From Hydrogenophaga sp. (GTDB lineage: Bacteria > Pseudomonadota > Gammaproteobacteria > Burkholderiales > Burkholderiaceae_C), in NCBI RefSeq assembly GCF_048549895.1, contig NZ_JBLYYB010000011.1, positions 7,617 to 71,616 on the forward strand: a stretch of DNA of 64,000 bases, read 5' to 3'. Shown here in pieces: positions 9,116 through 17,331 of the stretch. The stretch's first letter is position 1; every line of letters begins with the position of its first letter. The position numbers and the translations under genes were made by a program. Below the pieces are notes generated by a model that saw only the letters and a program-made list of their open reading frames with translations, was not told where the DNA came from and did no database searches.

Positions 9116-9973
9116 TCACGCGGCCAGGGTTTGCAGGCGGGTGGACTTGCCTGCGCCACCGCGCTGGGGCAGGGGGCGGCGCGAAGACGCTGCGCCCAGG
9201 TCGTCCATCGAACGGCGGGTGCTGCGCGAGTAGGCCTTGAGACCGTCCATGTCCAGGATTTCCACGTCGCGGTCGCTGACGTGGATGAGGCGGGCCAGGG
9301 CCAGCGCAGTGAAGGATCGGCTCACGGTTTCGTGCGCCACGCCGAGCATGCTGGCGATGTCGCGCCGGCCCATGCGCAGGTGGAATCGCCGCGGCGACTG
9401 GCCGCTGGCCGCCATCTGGCGCGAGAGCTGCAACAAAAAGCGTGCGAGCCGCACCTCCGAGGCCACGGCCGCCATCACGTCCACCAGTTCCCGCGTGCGG
9501 GTGAGTGCCCGGCTGCCGGCGCGCCGCAGTTCCTGCTCCAAGGCCGGCGCCGCCCGGCTCAGCGCGGGCAGCTCGGCCTTGGGGATCACGTACACGGTGG
9601 CGTCTTCCAGCGCGGTGGCGGCGGTGGGGTGGGTTTCCATGCACAGCGCGTCGAAGGCCAGCACCTCCCGGCGCCCGACGAAAGCCAGCACCTGTTCGTA
9701 GCCGTCCTCGTCGGTGCGGAAGATCTTGAAGGTACCGGTGCACACGAAGTACAGCGCATTGCTGGGCGCGCCCATGTACATGAGGTGATCGCCCGCAGCC
9801 ACACGGCGCAGACCCACGGGTATCCGGCTGGCGGTGCGCTGCAGGTGTGGCGCCTCGGGCGTGTCGTGGCCCAGCAGGCGCATGAGGTCGGTCAGCGTGC
9901 TGCGCCCCAGGGGCGCCGTTGCCGCTCCATCGGCCTGGGCCGTGCGGGTCGTGAGTGGGGTCGCTGGATTCAA
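9116..9973 (-). CDS. Crp/Fnr family transcriptional regulator without the N-terminal Cys cluster
   Basis: It has a cNMP-binding-like beta-roll (ALYFVCTGTFKIFRTDEDGYEQVLAF) and a C-terminal HTH with an FNR-type recognition helix (GVAHETVSRSF). The start is chosen at TTG 9973, 5 nt after AAGGAGG. The track ORF extends to 10108. Confidence 0.8.
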   Translation of the reverse strand: MNPATPLTTRTAQADGAATAPLGRSTLTDLMRLLGHDTPEAPHLQRTASRIPVGLRRVAAGDHLMYMGAPSNALYFVCTGTFKIFRTDEDGYEQVLAFVGRREVLAFDALCMETHPTAATALEDATVYVIPKAELPALSRAAPALEQELRRAGSRALTRTRELVDVMAAVASEVRLARFLLQLSRQMAASGQSPRRFHLRMGRRDIASMLGVAHETVSRSFTALALARLIHVSDRDVEILDMDGLKAYSRSTRRSMDDLGAASSRRPLPQRGGAGKSTRLQTLAA

Positions 9974-10236
9974 GGTGCCTCCTTGGTTGGCCGGTTCAAC
10001 ACCGGGTTGTTCTGGTTCAAGGATGCGCTGTCCGACTGCGGCACACCATCGGAATCCCGCACAACCTGCGTTCGGAATGCCACTGGTCGCGCACTGGTCA
10101 ATTCCCATGCAGCGGTCAGAAAACTCCTACCCCACGGCAAGGCTTTGATGCAGGTCAGGTCTGGTGCATGTTGGGGTCGGGTTGACAAGGAAAGACTTTT
10201 CTAAGATACCCCTATGGGTAACCAATCCGGTGCGCC

Positions 10237-11781
10237 ATGACTTCAAACGCCACGGTCAGTGTCTTCCCGGCCTCGCAGGCATTGGCAGAGCCTCGGCTGG
10301 CCCATGCGGCACTGGAGGCGGTGGTCACGGTCGATCACCAGCAGCGCATCGTGATGATCAATCCCGCAGGCCTGAGCATGTTCGGCCTGAGCAGGGAGCA
10401 GGCGCTGGGCATGCCGCTGGAGCGGCTTATCCCCGATCGCCTGCGCGTCTCGCACGGGCGCCATGTCCGCAAGTTCTGTGACTCCGGCCAGATCGAGCGA
10501 CCCATGGGACAGCGTGGCCAGGTGCTCGGGTTGCGCGCCAACGGCGAGGAGTTCCCGATGGAGGCGGCCATCTTCAAGAGCGAGGTGGTTCATCCCTCGG
10601 GCAGGCAGACCTACTACACCGCACTGCTGCGCGACCTCAGCGAGTTGAGGCGGATGACCTCCGTGATCGACCAGCTCAACCAGCGCCTGCGCGCCGTCTT
10701 CGAACGCGCACCCGTGGCCATCTGGATCACCGAGCAGGAACGGGTGGTGTTCGCCAACCGTGCCTGCGTTGTGCTGGCGGGGCTGGAGCAGCGCGAGCAA
10801 CTGCTCGGCCGGTCCATCTACGAGCTGCTCTTGCCGGCATCGCACGAACCGCTGCGCAGCAGGCTGCAGGACATCGGGCAGGACGAAGGCGTCGCGGTGG
10901 TGGCGGGGGCCATCCAGCGCGCGGACGGCACGGTGCGCGAGGTCGAGCTGGTGGTGGCCACGCTGCCCGACCACGAGCGTTCGTTTGTGCAGATGGTCAT
11001 CAACGACATCACCCAGCGTTCGCGCGAGAAAAAAGAGCTGCTGCGCTCGCGCCGTACCTTGCGTGCGCTCTCGGCCAGCCTGGTGGAGGCGCGTGAGGAG
11101 GAGCGCCGGCGCATCGCCCGCGAGCTGCACGACGAGCTGGGGCAGCGGCTCACCGCCCTCAAGCTGGAGGTGGTGGCCTGCCAGCGCGACCACCCGGACC
11201 TGGCGCTGGGCGCGCGCGCGCAGCTCATGCTGGACATGCTGGACGACACCGTGGCGTCGGCCCGCCGGATTGCCATGGACCTGCGCCCGCTGATGCTGGA
11301 CGATCTGGGGCTGGCCGAGGCGATCGACTGGCTGGTCAGTGAATTCACGCGGCGCACGGGCATTCAGGTCGCCACGCGGCTCGGTGAGGGTTTGCGCGAT
11401 CTCTCGCCCCACCTGGCGACCACGCTGTACCGCATCGTGCAGGAAGCCTTGACCAACATCACCCGCCACGCCCGGGCGACCCGGGTCTCGGTGGTGTTCG
11501 AGCGCCGTGGTCAGGAACTGCTGCTGACCATCCAGGACAACGGCGTGGGTTTCGCCAGGGGCAAGCGTTCCCGCAACCCCGGCTCCTTCGGGTTGCTGGG
11601 CATCCGCGAACGCGTGCTGATGCTGGGCGGTCGGCTCTCGGCAGGCAACGCGCCCGAGGGGGGTGCCCGGCTGGTGGTGCGCGTGCCGCTGGTGCATTCG
11701 CCGGCGCGTGTGAGCGATGAAGATTTCAAGGACACAGCCGAGCCGCTGTTCGAAGATTCCACGCGAGACAGCATCGACTGA
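10237..11781 (+). CDS. PAS-PAS sensor histidine kinase (HisKA_3 / NarX-type dimerisation domain with an intact HATPase_c)
   Basis: Two PAS-like segments are present. The H-box is ELHDELGQRLTALK, the N-box QEALTNITRHA, G1 IQDNGVGF and G2 GSFGLLGIRERV. Confidence 0.9.
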   Translation: MTSNATVSVFPASQALAEPRLAHAALEAVVTVDHQQRIVMINPAGLSMFGLSREQALGMPLERLIPDRLRVSHGRHVRKFCDSGQIERPMGQRGQVLGLRANGEEFPMEAAIFKSEVVHPSGRQTYYTALLRDLSELRRMTSVIDQLNQRLRAVFERAPVAIWITEQERVVFANRACVVLAGLEQREQLLGRSIYELLLPASHEPLRSRLQDIGQDEGVAVVAGAIQRADGTVREVELVVATLPDHERSFVQMVINDITQRSREKKELLRSRRTLRALSASLVEAREEERRRIARELHDELGQRLTALKLEVVACQRDHPDLALGARAQLMLDMLDDTVASARRIAMDLRPLMLDDLGLAEAIDWLVSEFTRRTGIQVATRLGEGLRDLSPHLATTLYRIVQEALTNITRHARATRVSVVFERRGQELLLTIQDNGVGFARGKRSRNPGSFGLLGIRERVLMLGGRLSAGNAPEGGARLVVRVPLVHSPARVSDEDFKDTAEPLFEDSTRDSID

Positions 11782-11794
11782 AGGAGGCCACACC

Positions 11795-12937
11795 ATGAGC
11801 AACCCACCCAGCGCAACCAACCCCAGCCGCGAGGCCCTGGAGCATGAGTTGCGCGTGCACCAGGTCGAACTGGTGCAGCAGAACGAGGAGTTGCAACGCA
11901 CGCAGTCCGATCTGGCGACGGCGCACGACCGCTACCGCGACCTGTACGACTTCGCGCCGGTGGGCTACTGCACGCTGGACGCGCAGGGTTGCATCAGCAA
12001 GATCAACCTCACGGGTGCCGGCCTGTTGGGGCAGCCACGCGCAGCACTGCATGGCAAACCGCTGGCGCGCTTCGTGAGATCGCAAGACGCCGACCGCTGG
12101 CATCTGTACCTGCGCTGGGCACTGGGGCGCGATACGCCGCAGCGCATCGACCTGACCATGAACTTTGCCGACGGTACGCTGCATTGGTTCGCCGCCATCA
12201 ACAGCGTGCGGGTGCTCGCCGGCGACGGTACACCCACCTTGCGCGTGTCCATCACCGACGTGACCGAGCGCATGCAATCCGAGGTGGAGCGGCGCATTGC
12301 CGCCATCGATGCAGACGCCCGTGAATCCGAACGCCGGCGCCTGGCGCTGGAGCTGCACGAAGACCTGGGCCAGCGCCTCAGCGCGCTGAAGATTCGCCTC
12401 GCCAGTCTCCCCCAGGCCAGCGACGTGTCGCACGAAATCGACGAGGCACTGGCGCTGGTGCGGCGCATCACCTTCGACCTGCACCCACCCCTGCTGAACG
12501 ACCTGGGGCTGCACGCCGCCATCGACTGGCTGGCCAAGGACACCGCGCGCCGGCTGAACCTGAAGCTGTCCCTGCGCATGGACAACGACCTGCCGCCGCT
12601 GGGTCGCGCGGTCTCGCTGGCGCTCTACCGTTTTTTTCAGGAGTCGCTGTCGTACCTGCTGCACGAAACCCATGCTTCGGAGCTCGTCATCGATGTGCAG
12701 CGCCCACTGGGCCAGTTCATCCTCGACCTGCGCGCGCGAGGCGTCGAGCTCAAGACCCCGTGGCGCCTGGATGTGCGGTCGGAGCCGTCGCAGATTCTGG
12801 AACACCGGGCCCGCCTCTTGGGCGGACGGCTGGAGTTCGACGCAACACCCGACGCCTCGGGCTGGATTGGCCTGCGGCTGACGCAGAACCTGGACTTGAA
12901 GGACACCCCGGTCGACCGGGCGGGGCGACCGACATGA
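11795..12937 (+). CDS. Coiled-coil-PAS-HisKA_3 protein with a degenerate ATP-binding domain (pseudo-kinase / phosphotransfer candidate)
   Basis: ATG 11795 follows AAGGAGG. The N-terminal coiled coil is LEHELRVHQVELVQQNEELQRTQSDL. A PAS segment (YDFAPVGYCTLD) follows. The H-box ELHEDLGQRLSALK is intact, but the N, G1 and G2 boxes are replaced (ESLSYLLHETHA; ILDLRARGVEL; SEPSQILEHRAR). Confidence 0.8.
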   Translation: MSNPPSATNPSREALEHELRVHQVELVQQNEELQRTQSDLATAHDRYRDLYDFAPVGYCTLDAQGCISKINLTGAGLLGQPRAALHGKPLARFVRSQDADRWHLYLRWALGRDTPQRIDLTMNFADGTLHWFAAINSVRVLAGDGTPTLRVSITDVTERMQSEVERRIAAIDADARESERRRLALELHEDLGQRLSALKIRLASLPQASDVSHEIDEALALVRRITFDLHPPLLNDLGLHAAIDWLAKDTARRLNLKLSLRMDNDLPPLGRAVSLALYRFFQESLSYLLHETHASELVIDVQRPLGQFILDLRARGVELKTPWRLDVRSEPSQILEHRARLLGGRLEFDATPDASGWIGLRLTQNLDLKDTPVDRAGRPT

Positions 12938-13620
12938 ACGACGCCACGGCGCAGATCCAGCTTCGCCTGCTGCTGGTGGACGACCACACCGTGGTGCGCG
13001 AGGGGCTCAAGCGCCTGCTCGATCCGCAGGGCAACCGGTGGTCCATCACCGAGGCAGGCACGGCGTTCCAGGCGCTCGAATGCCTGCGCCGCGAGTCGTT
13101 CGACCTGGTCATTGCCGATCTGTCGCTGCCCGGCATGAGCGGGCTGGATCTGGTGCACCGCATCCGGGAAGGTTTCCCCGGCGTGGCCGTGCTGGTGCTG
13201 ACCATGCACAGCGAGGAGCAGTACGCGCTGCGCGCCTTCCAGGCCGGCGCCAGCGGCTATGTGACCAAAGACAGCGCCAGCGAAGAGCTGGTCGCCGCCG
13301 TGCGCAAGGTGGCCTCGGGCGGGGTGTTCGTCACCTCGGTGCTGGCCGAGCGTGTCGTGCAGCAGCTCAACGGACGGCGCACCGTGTCCCACCTCGGTGT
13401 GTTGTCCAACCGCGAGCTTGAAATCCTGCAGCGCATCGTGGCTGGCGAGCGCCTGGTGGACATCGCCGAGGCGCTGCACCTGTCCATCAAGACGGTGAGC
13501 ACGCACAAGACGCGCATCCTCGAAAAGCTCCAGCTCGACAGCACCGCCGCGCTGATCCGCTTTGGTCTGGAGCACCAGATCGGCAAGGCGGAACTGGGCA
13601 CAACACCCGATCGCGGCTGA
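12934..13620 (+). CDS. NarL/FixJ-family response regulator (REC + LuxR-type HTH)
   Basis: The start makes an ATGA overlap with the upstream stop. REC features include LRLLLVDDH and DLVIADLSLPGMSG. The HTH reads LSNRELEILQRIVAGERLVDIAEALHLSIKTVSTHK. Confidence 0.92.
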   Translation: MNDATAQIQLRLLLVDDHTVVREGLKRLLDPQGNRWSITEAGTAFQALECLRRESFDLVIADLSLPGMSGLDLVHRIREGFPGVAVLVLTMHSEEQYALRAFQAGASGYVTKDSASEELVAAVRKVASGGVFVTSVLAERVVQQLNGRRTVSHLGVLSNRELEILQRIVAGERLVDIAEALHLSIKTVSTHKTRILEKLQLDSTAALIRFGLEHQIGKAELGTTPDRG

Positions 13621-13670
13621 ACGAGCGAGCACCCTGCCCGGGCGACAATACCGGGCATCGAGGAGCGGAC

Positions 13671-16619
13671 ATGGTCATGAAAAAACAGCAAGTGCCGCCC
13701 GGCGGCGGTAGCGCTCACGCCCCGGATGCCGCACCAGGGACGGCGTTGGGATCGCCGGTGGTGGCGCTGGGCGCGTCGGCCGGCGGACTGGAGGCGTTCG
13801 AGCAGTTCCTGCGCGCCATGCCCGGGGACAGCGGCATGGGCTTTGTGCTGGTACAGCACCTGGATCCCACCCACCCCAGCATCCTGGCCGAGATCCTGCA
13901 GCGCAGCACCGCCATGCCGGTGGTGGAAGCCACCGACGGCATGGACGTGTTGCCCAACCGCGTGCACGTGATCCCGCCCAACCGCGACATGGTGATCACC
14001 CGTGGCGTGCTCGGTCTGAGCCTGCCCAGCGAGCCGCGCGGGCGCCACCTGCCCATCGACAGCTTTTTTCGCGCGCTGGCCGCCGACCGTGCCGAGGCGG
14101 CGGTGGGCATCATCCTCTCGGGCACCGGCACCGACGGCACGCTGGGCATTCGCGCCATCCATGGCGCGGGCGGCCTGGGGCTGGTGCAGGAGCCTTCCAC
14201 CGCGCGTTTTGACGGCATGCCCGCCAGCGCGCTGAAGTCGGGTTTTGCCACCCAGGCCCTGGCGGTGGAGGCCATGCCGGCGCTGCTGCTGGCGCATGCG
14301 CGGCGCCTGGGCTCCAGGCCGGTGGGTGCCGACGGCGGTGAGGCTTCAAGCCGGCTTTCGGGTGTGCTCATGCAGTTGCGCCTGGGCACCGGACACGATT
14401 TTTCGCAGTACAAGAAAAGCACGCTGGGCCGTCGCATCGAGCGGCGCATGACGCAGCAAGGCATCGACGACCTCGCCAGCTACGAACGCTTCCTCAAGGA
14501 GCACCCGCCCGAGGTGCAGATGCTGTTTCGCGAGATGCTGATCAACGTGACCAGCTTCTTCCGCGATGCGGCCGTGTTCGAGATGCTCAAGCGCGATGTG
14601 CTGCCCACACTGCTGTCCCACCGCTCCGAGAGTGAAGCCCTGCGCGTGTGGGTGGCGGGTTGTGCCACAGGCGAAGAGGCCTACTCGGTGGCCATGGTGT
14701 TGCGCGAGCTGGCCGACGAGCACAAGCGCGACTGGCCGGTGCTGATCTACGGCACCGACATCGACGCCGACGCCATCACGGTGGCCCGAGCCGGCCTGTA
14801 CCCGCCCAACATCGCACAGGACGTGACCCCCGAGCGCTTGCGCCGTTTCTTCGTCAAGGAGGAGGGCGGTTTCCGCGTGCGCAAGGAGATCCGCGAGATG
14901 GTGGTGTTCGCGGTGCAGAGCGTGATCAAGGACCCGCCGTTCACCCGGCTCGACCTGCTGACCTGCCGCAACCTGCTGATCTACCTGGAGCCCGATCTGC
15001 AGGAGCGGCTGGTGCCGATCTTTCACTACGCCTTGCGCCCCGGCGGCGTGTTGTGCCTCTCGCCGTCCGAGAGCATCGGCAGCCACGGCGAACTGTTTGA
15101 AGCGCTGGACCGCCGGCTCAACATCTACCGCGCCCGGCCCACCGTCGCCTCGCGTCGCGCGGTGATCAGCAGCCGCCTGTCATGGACCACGGACGGGCAG
15201 GGCGCGGTGGTGCCGGCGGCGGTGGTCAAGCCGCGCGAAACCGCTGCGGCCGACCTGGCCCGGCGCACGCTGCTGCAGACCTTTGCCCCGGCCTCGGTGC
15301 TCACGGATGCGCAGGGCGACATTCTGTTTGTGCATGGCGAGACCGGTCAGTACCTGCGCCTGGCGCCGGGGCAGCCCACGCACAACGTGGTGGACATGGC
15401 CAACGAGAGCCTGCAGCTGGATGTGCGCGACGCCTTGCAGAAAGCGGCCGCGGGTGGCCTCACCAGCTTCAGCCGTGACGTGTCGATCAAGGTGGACGGT
15501 GAGGTGCGCACGGTGACCCTGAGCGTGCGCGCGCTCGTTGGCCACGCGCCCAGCCGCAATTTGCTGCTGTTCAGTTTTCAGGAGCAGGAACACGCGTCCA
15601 CGCGCAGCCCGGCGCGCCGGCGCAAGGCCAGCGCCAGCACCGAAGCACAGCGCGTGCTGGCACTGGAACACGAGCTCATGCTCAGCAAGCAGACGCTGGG
15701 CGCCATGGTCGAGGAGCAGCAGATTTCCAACGAGGAGCTGCAGTCCACCAACGAGGAATTGCAGTCGACCAACGAAGAGCTGCAATCGACCAACGAAGAG
15801 CTGGAAACCTCGAAGGAAGAGCTGCAGTCGGTGAACGAGGAACTGGTCACGGTGAACTCCGAGCTGCAGACCAAGGTGGAGCAGCTCACCGGCATGCAGG
15901 ACGACATGAAGAACCTGCTGGACAACATCAGCGTGGGCTCGATCTTTCTCGATCGCCGGATGCTGATCCGCCGCTTCACGCGAGACGCCACCGCGGTTTA
16001 CCGCCTGGCGCTCTCCGACGTGGGGCGACCGTTGTCTGACATCCGCTGCGAGCTCCAGGACGTGGACCTGCTCACCGACGCCCAGGCCGTGCTGGACACG
16101 CTCACACCGGTGGAGCGCGAGGTGCGCACCGCAGGCAGCACCTGTTTTCTCGTGCGCATCAAGCCCTACCGCACCACGGACAACGTGATCGACGGCGTGG
16201 TGCTCACCTTCAATGACGTGACCGAGCGGGTGCTGGCCCTGGCCATGCGCCAGGCGCGCGACCTGGCCGAGGCGGTCGTGGACACCGCGTACGAGCCGTT
16301 GGTGGTGCTTGATCAGCAACTGCAGGTGCTCACCGCCAACCGGGCCTTTTTGAAGCTGTTCGGCGGACAGGCCGCCAACACGCTGGGCCGGGCGTTCTAC
16401 GACATCGGCCAGGGGCAGTGGGACTTTGCCGCGATGCACGAGCTGCTCGATGGTCCGTCACCCGGCCAGCGCCCGGGAGAAGACCGGCTGGTGAGCCGCG
16501 ACTTTCCCGGCATCGGCGTGCAGCACCTGCGTGTGCGCACGCGCCGCGTGGCCGACCAGAGCGGCGCCGCCGGCCTGGTGCTGGTCAGCTTTGCCACGGA
16601 GCCGATACCGCCGACCTGA
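13671..16619 (+). CDS. CheB methylesterase-CheR methyltransferase fusion protein with a central heptad coiled coil and C-terminal PAS domains (no REC, no kinase domain)
   Basis: CheB catalytic context: VVALGASAGGLEAF, VLVQHLDPTHPS, ILSGTGTDGTLG. CheR SAM site: LRVWVAGCATGEEAYSVAMVL. Coiled coil: NEELQSTNEELQSTNEELQSTNEELETSKEELQSVNEEL. PAS-like segments follow. Confidence 0.9.
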   Translation: MVMKKQQVPPGGGSAHAPDAAPGTALGSPVVALGASAGGLEAFEQFLRAMPGDSGMGFVLVQHLDPTHPSILAEILQRSTAMPVVEATDGMDVLPNRVHVIPPNRDMVITRGVLGLSLPSEPRGRHLPIDSFFRALAADRAEAAVGIILSGTGTDGTLGIRAIHGAGGLGLVQEPSTARFDGMPASALKSGFATQALAVEAMPALLLAHARRLGSRPVGADGGEASSRLSGVLMQLRLGTGHDFSQYKKSTLGRRIERRMTQQGIDDLASYERFLKEHPPEVQMLFREMLINVTSFFRDAAVFEMLKRDVLPTLLSHRSESEALRVWVAGCATGEEAYSVAMVLRELADEHKRDWPVLIYGTDIDADAITVARAGLYPPNIAQDVTPERLRRFFVKEEGGFRVRKEIREMVVFAVQSVIKDPPFTRLDLLTCRNLLIYLEPDLQERLVPIFHYALRPGGVLCLSPSESIGSHGELFEALDRRLNIYRARPTVASRRAVISSRLSWTTDGQGAVVPAAVVKPRETAAADLARRTLLQTFAPASVLTDAQGDILFVHGETGQYLRLAPGQPTHNVVDMANESLQLDVRDALQKAAAGGLTSFSRDVSIKVDGEVRTVTLSVRALVGHAPSRNLLLFSFQEQEHASTRSPARRRKASASTEAQRVLALEHELMLSKQTLGAMVEEQQISNEELQSTNEELQSTNEELQSTNEELETSKEELQSVNEELVTVNSELQTKVEQLTGMQDDMKNLLDNISVGSIFLDRRMLIRRFTRDATAVYRLALSDVGRPLSDIRCELQDVDLLTDAQAVLDTLTPVEREVRTAGSTCFLVRIKPYRTTDNVIDGVVLTFNDVTERVLALAMRQARDLAEAVVDTAYEPLVVLDQQLQVLTANRAFLKLFGGQAANTLGRAFYDIGQGQWDFAAMHELLDGPSPGQRPGEDRLVSRDFPGIGVQHLRVRTRRVADQSGAAGLVLVSFATEPIPPT
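15729..15875 (+). repeat. Seven in-frame 21-bp (heptad) tandem repeats encoding (N/K)EELQS(T/V) within the CheB-CheR fusion gene
   Basis: The units AACGAGGAGCTGCAGTCCACC / AACGAGGAATTGCAGTCGACC / AACGAAGAGCTGCAATCGACC / AACGAAGAGCTGGAAACCTCG and so on start at 15729 with a 21-nt period. Confidence 0.9.
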
Positions 16620-16625
16620 GCCGCT

Positions 16626-16823
16626 TCAGCGGGGCTGGCGCGGCGTTTGCACGGTGTCCAGCGCGCGGGCGATCTCGGCAGCCACGGGCACACCGCCACG
16701 CGGCAGGGCCAGCACCACCAGAGGAGGCGTGAGGTTCATGCCGAGCAATTCGTCGGCCAGCGCCTGCCCGGCCTGGGTGCGGTTGGCAAAGGGCTTGCGC
16801 AGCCCGCAGGCTGTCGGGTTCAT
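16626..16823 (-). pseudogene. Truncated phosphoribosyltransferase gene; only about 55 N-terminal residues are recognisable
   Basis: The translation is MNPTACGLRKPFANRTQAGQALADELLGMNLTPPLVVLALPRGGVPVAAEIARALD followed by the unrelated tail TVQTPRQPR*. The catalytic PRPP-binding part is missing. The other minus frames downstream show no continuation. The start makes an ATGA overlap with the upstream gene. Confidence 0.6.
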
Positions 16824-17275
16824 GGCGGGATGCAGGGGCCAGCGAGCGCGTGGATCCTGGTCTCGATGGTGTCGATGTCCAGGCTGGTGAAGTCGGCATC
16901 GTGCGCCCACTTCAGCCGGGCGGCCACGGCCGGGTTCAGGGCGGCCTTGAGCTCCCCCAGCAAGGGTCCGGAGGCGGTGAGCCAGAAGGCGTCGTATTCG
17001 CCGTCGACCAGGCCTTCCTCCAGCCGCGCGGCCAGTTCACGGGCGAACTGGTGCAACACCTTCTTGCGTGTGCTGGTGTGCGGCTCGAAGTGCGCCGCAG
17101 CGCTGCTGTTGTCGCTGCTCTCGTGGCCCTGGCGGTCGCGCTCGATATCGCTTCCCTTGAGGCGGCCTCCGGGGAAATCGATGGTCTCCAGCGCCACCAG
17201 CGGATCGCCCACACCGGTGCGGCAGAAGATGCGGGCGAGGGACCCGTTGGCCACCAGAATCCACTGCTTTTTCAT
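16820..17275 (-). CDS. Host attachment protein family (Host_attach-like) protein
   Basis: MKKQWILVANGSLARIF...DFPGGRLKGSDIERDRQGH...FARELAARLEEG is typical of this family. The start is at 17275 after AAAGGA. The track ORF extends to 17329. Confidence 0.75.
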   Translation of the reverse strand: MKKQWILVANGSLARIFCRTGVGDPLVALETIDFPGGRLKGSDIERDRQGHESSDNSSAAAHFEPHTSTRKKVLHQFARELAARLEEGLVDGEYDAFWLTASGPLLGELKAALNPAVAARLKWAHDADFTSLDIDTIETRIHALAGPCIPP

Positions 17276-17331
17276 GACAGGTCCTTTCAAGGCGAAGACG
17301 ACCAATCTATGACCGTCGGGTGCGCACACCG

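Noticed and set aside
9103-9159. Upstream ATG (9159) for the cfa-like gene, giving a 435-aa product
   Set aside because: It would overlap the Crp/Fnr gene by 44 nt, and the extra 19 residues (MAQASPPACKPWPRERIDT) are not Cfa-like. The ATG at 9102 just after the upstream stop is more plausible, though unproven.
7826-9240. ORFs 7826-9034 (-) and 7876-9240 (+) overlapping the cfa-like gene
   Set aside because: These are alternative or antisense frames with Arg/Pro/Ala-rich nonsense translations. The 7852-9102 frame contains the SAM-methyltransferase motifs.
10145-10158. FNR-like sequence TTGAT-GCAG-GTCAG upstream of the Crp/Fnr gene (possible autoregulation)
   Set aside because: Only the left half-site matches. 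The right half has 3 of 5 matches, which is too weak to call.
16397-16899. Possibility that the phosphoribosyltransferase is frameshifted and not truncated
   Set aside because: The other two minus frames downstream of 16650 (track ORFs 16397-16699 and 16585-16899) translate to Pro/Arg/Ala-rich sequence with no PRTase motifs, and they overlap the well-supported CheB-CheR coding region.
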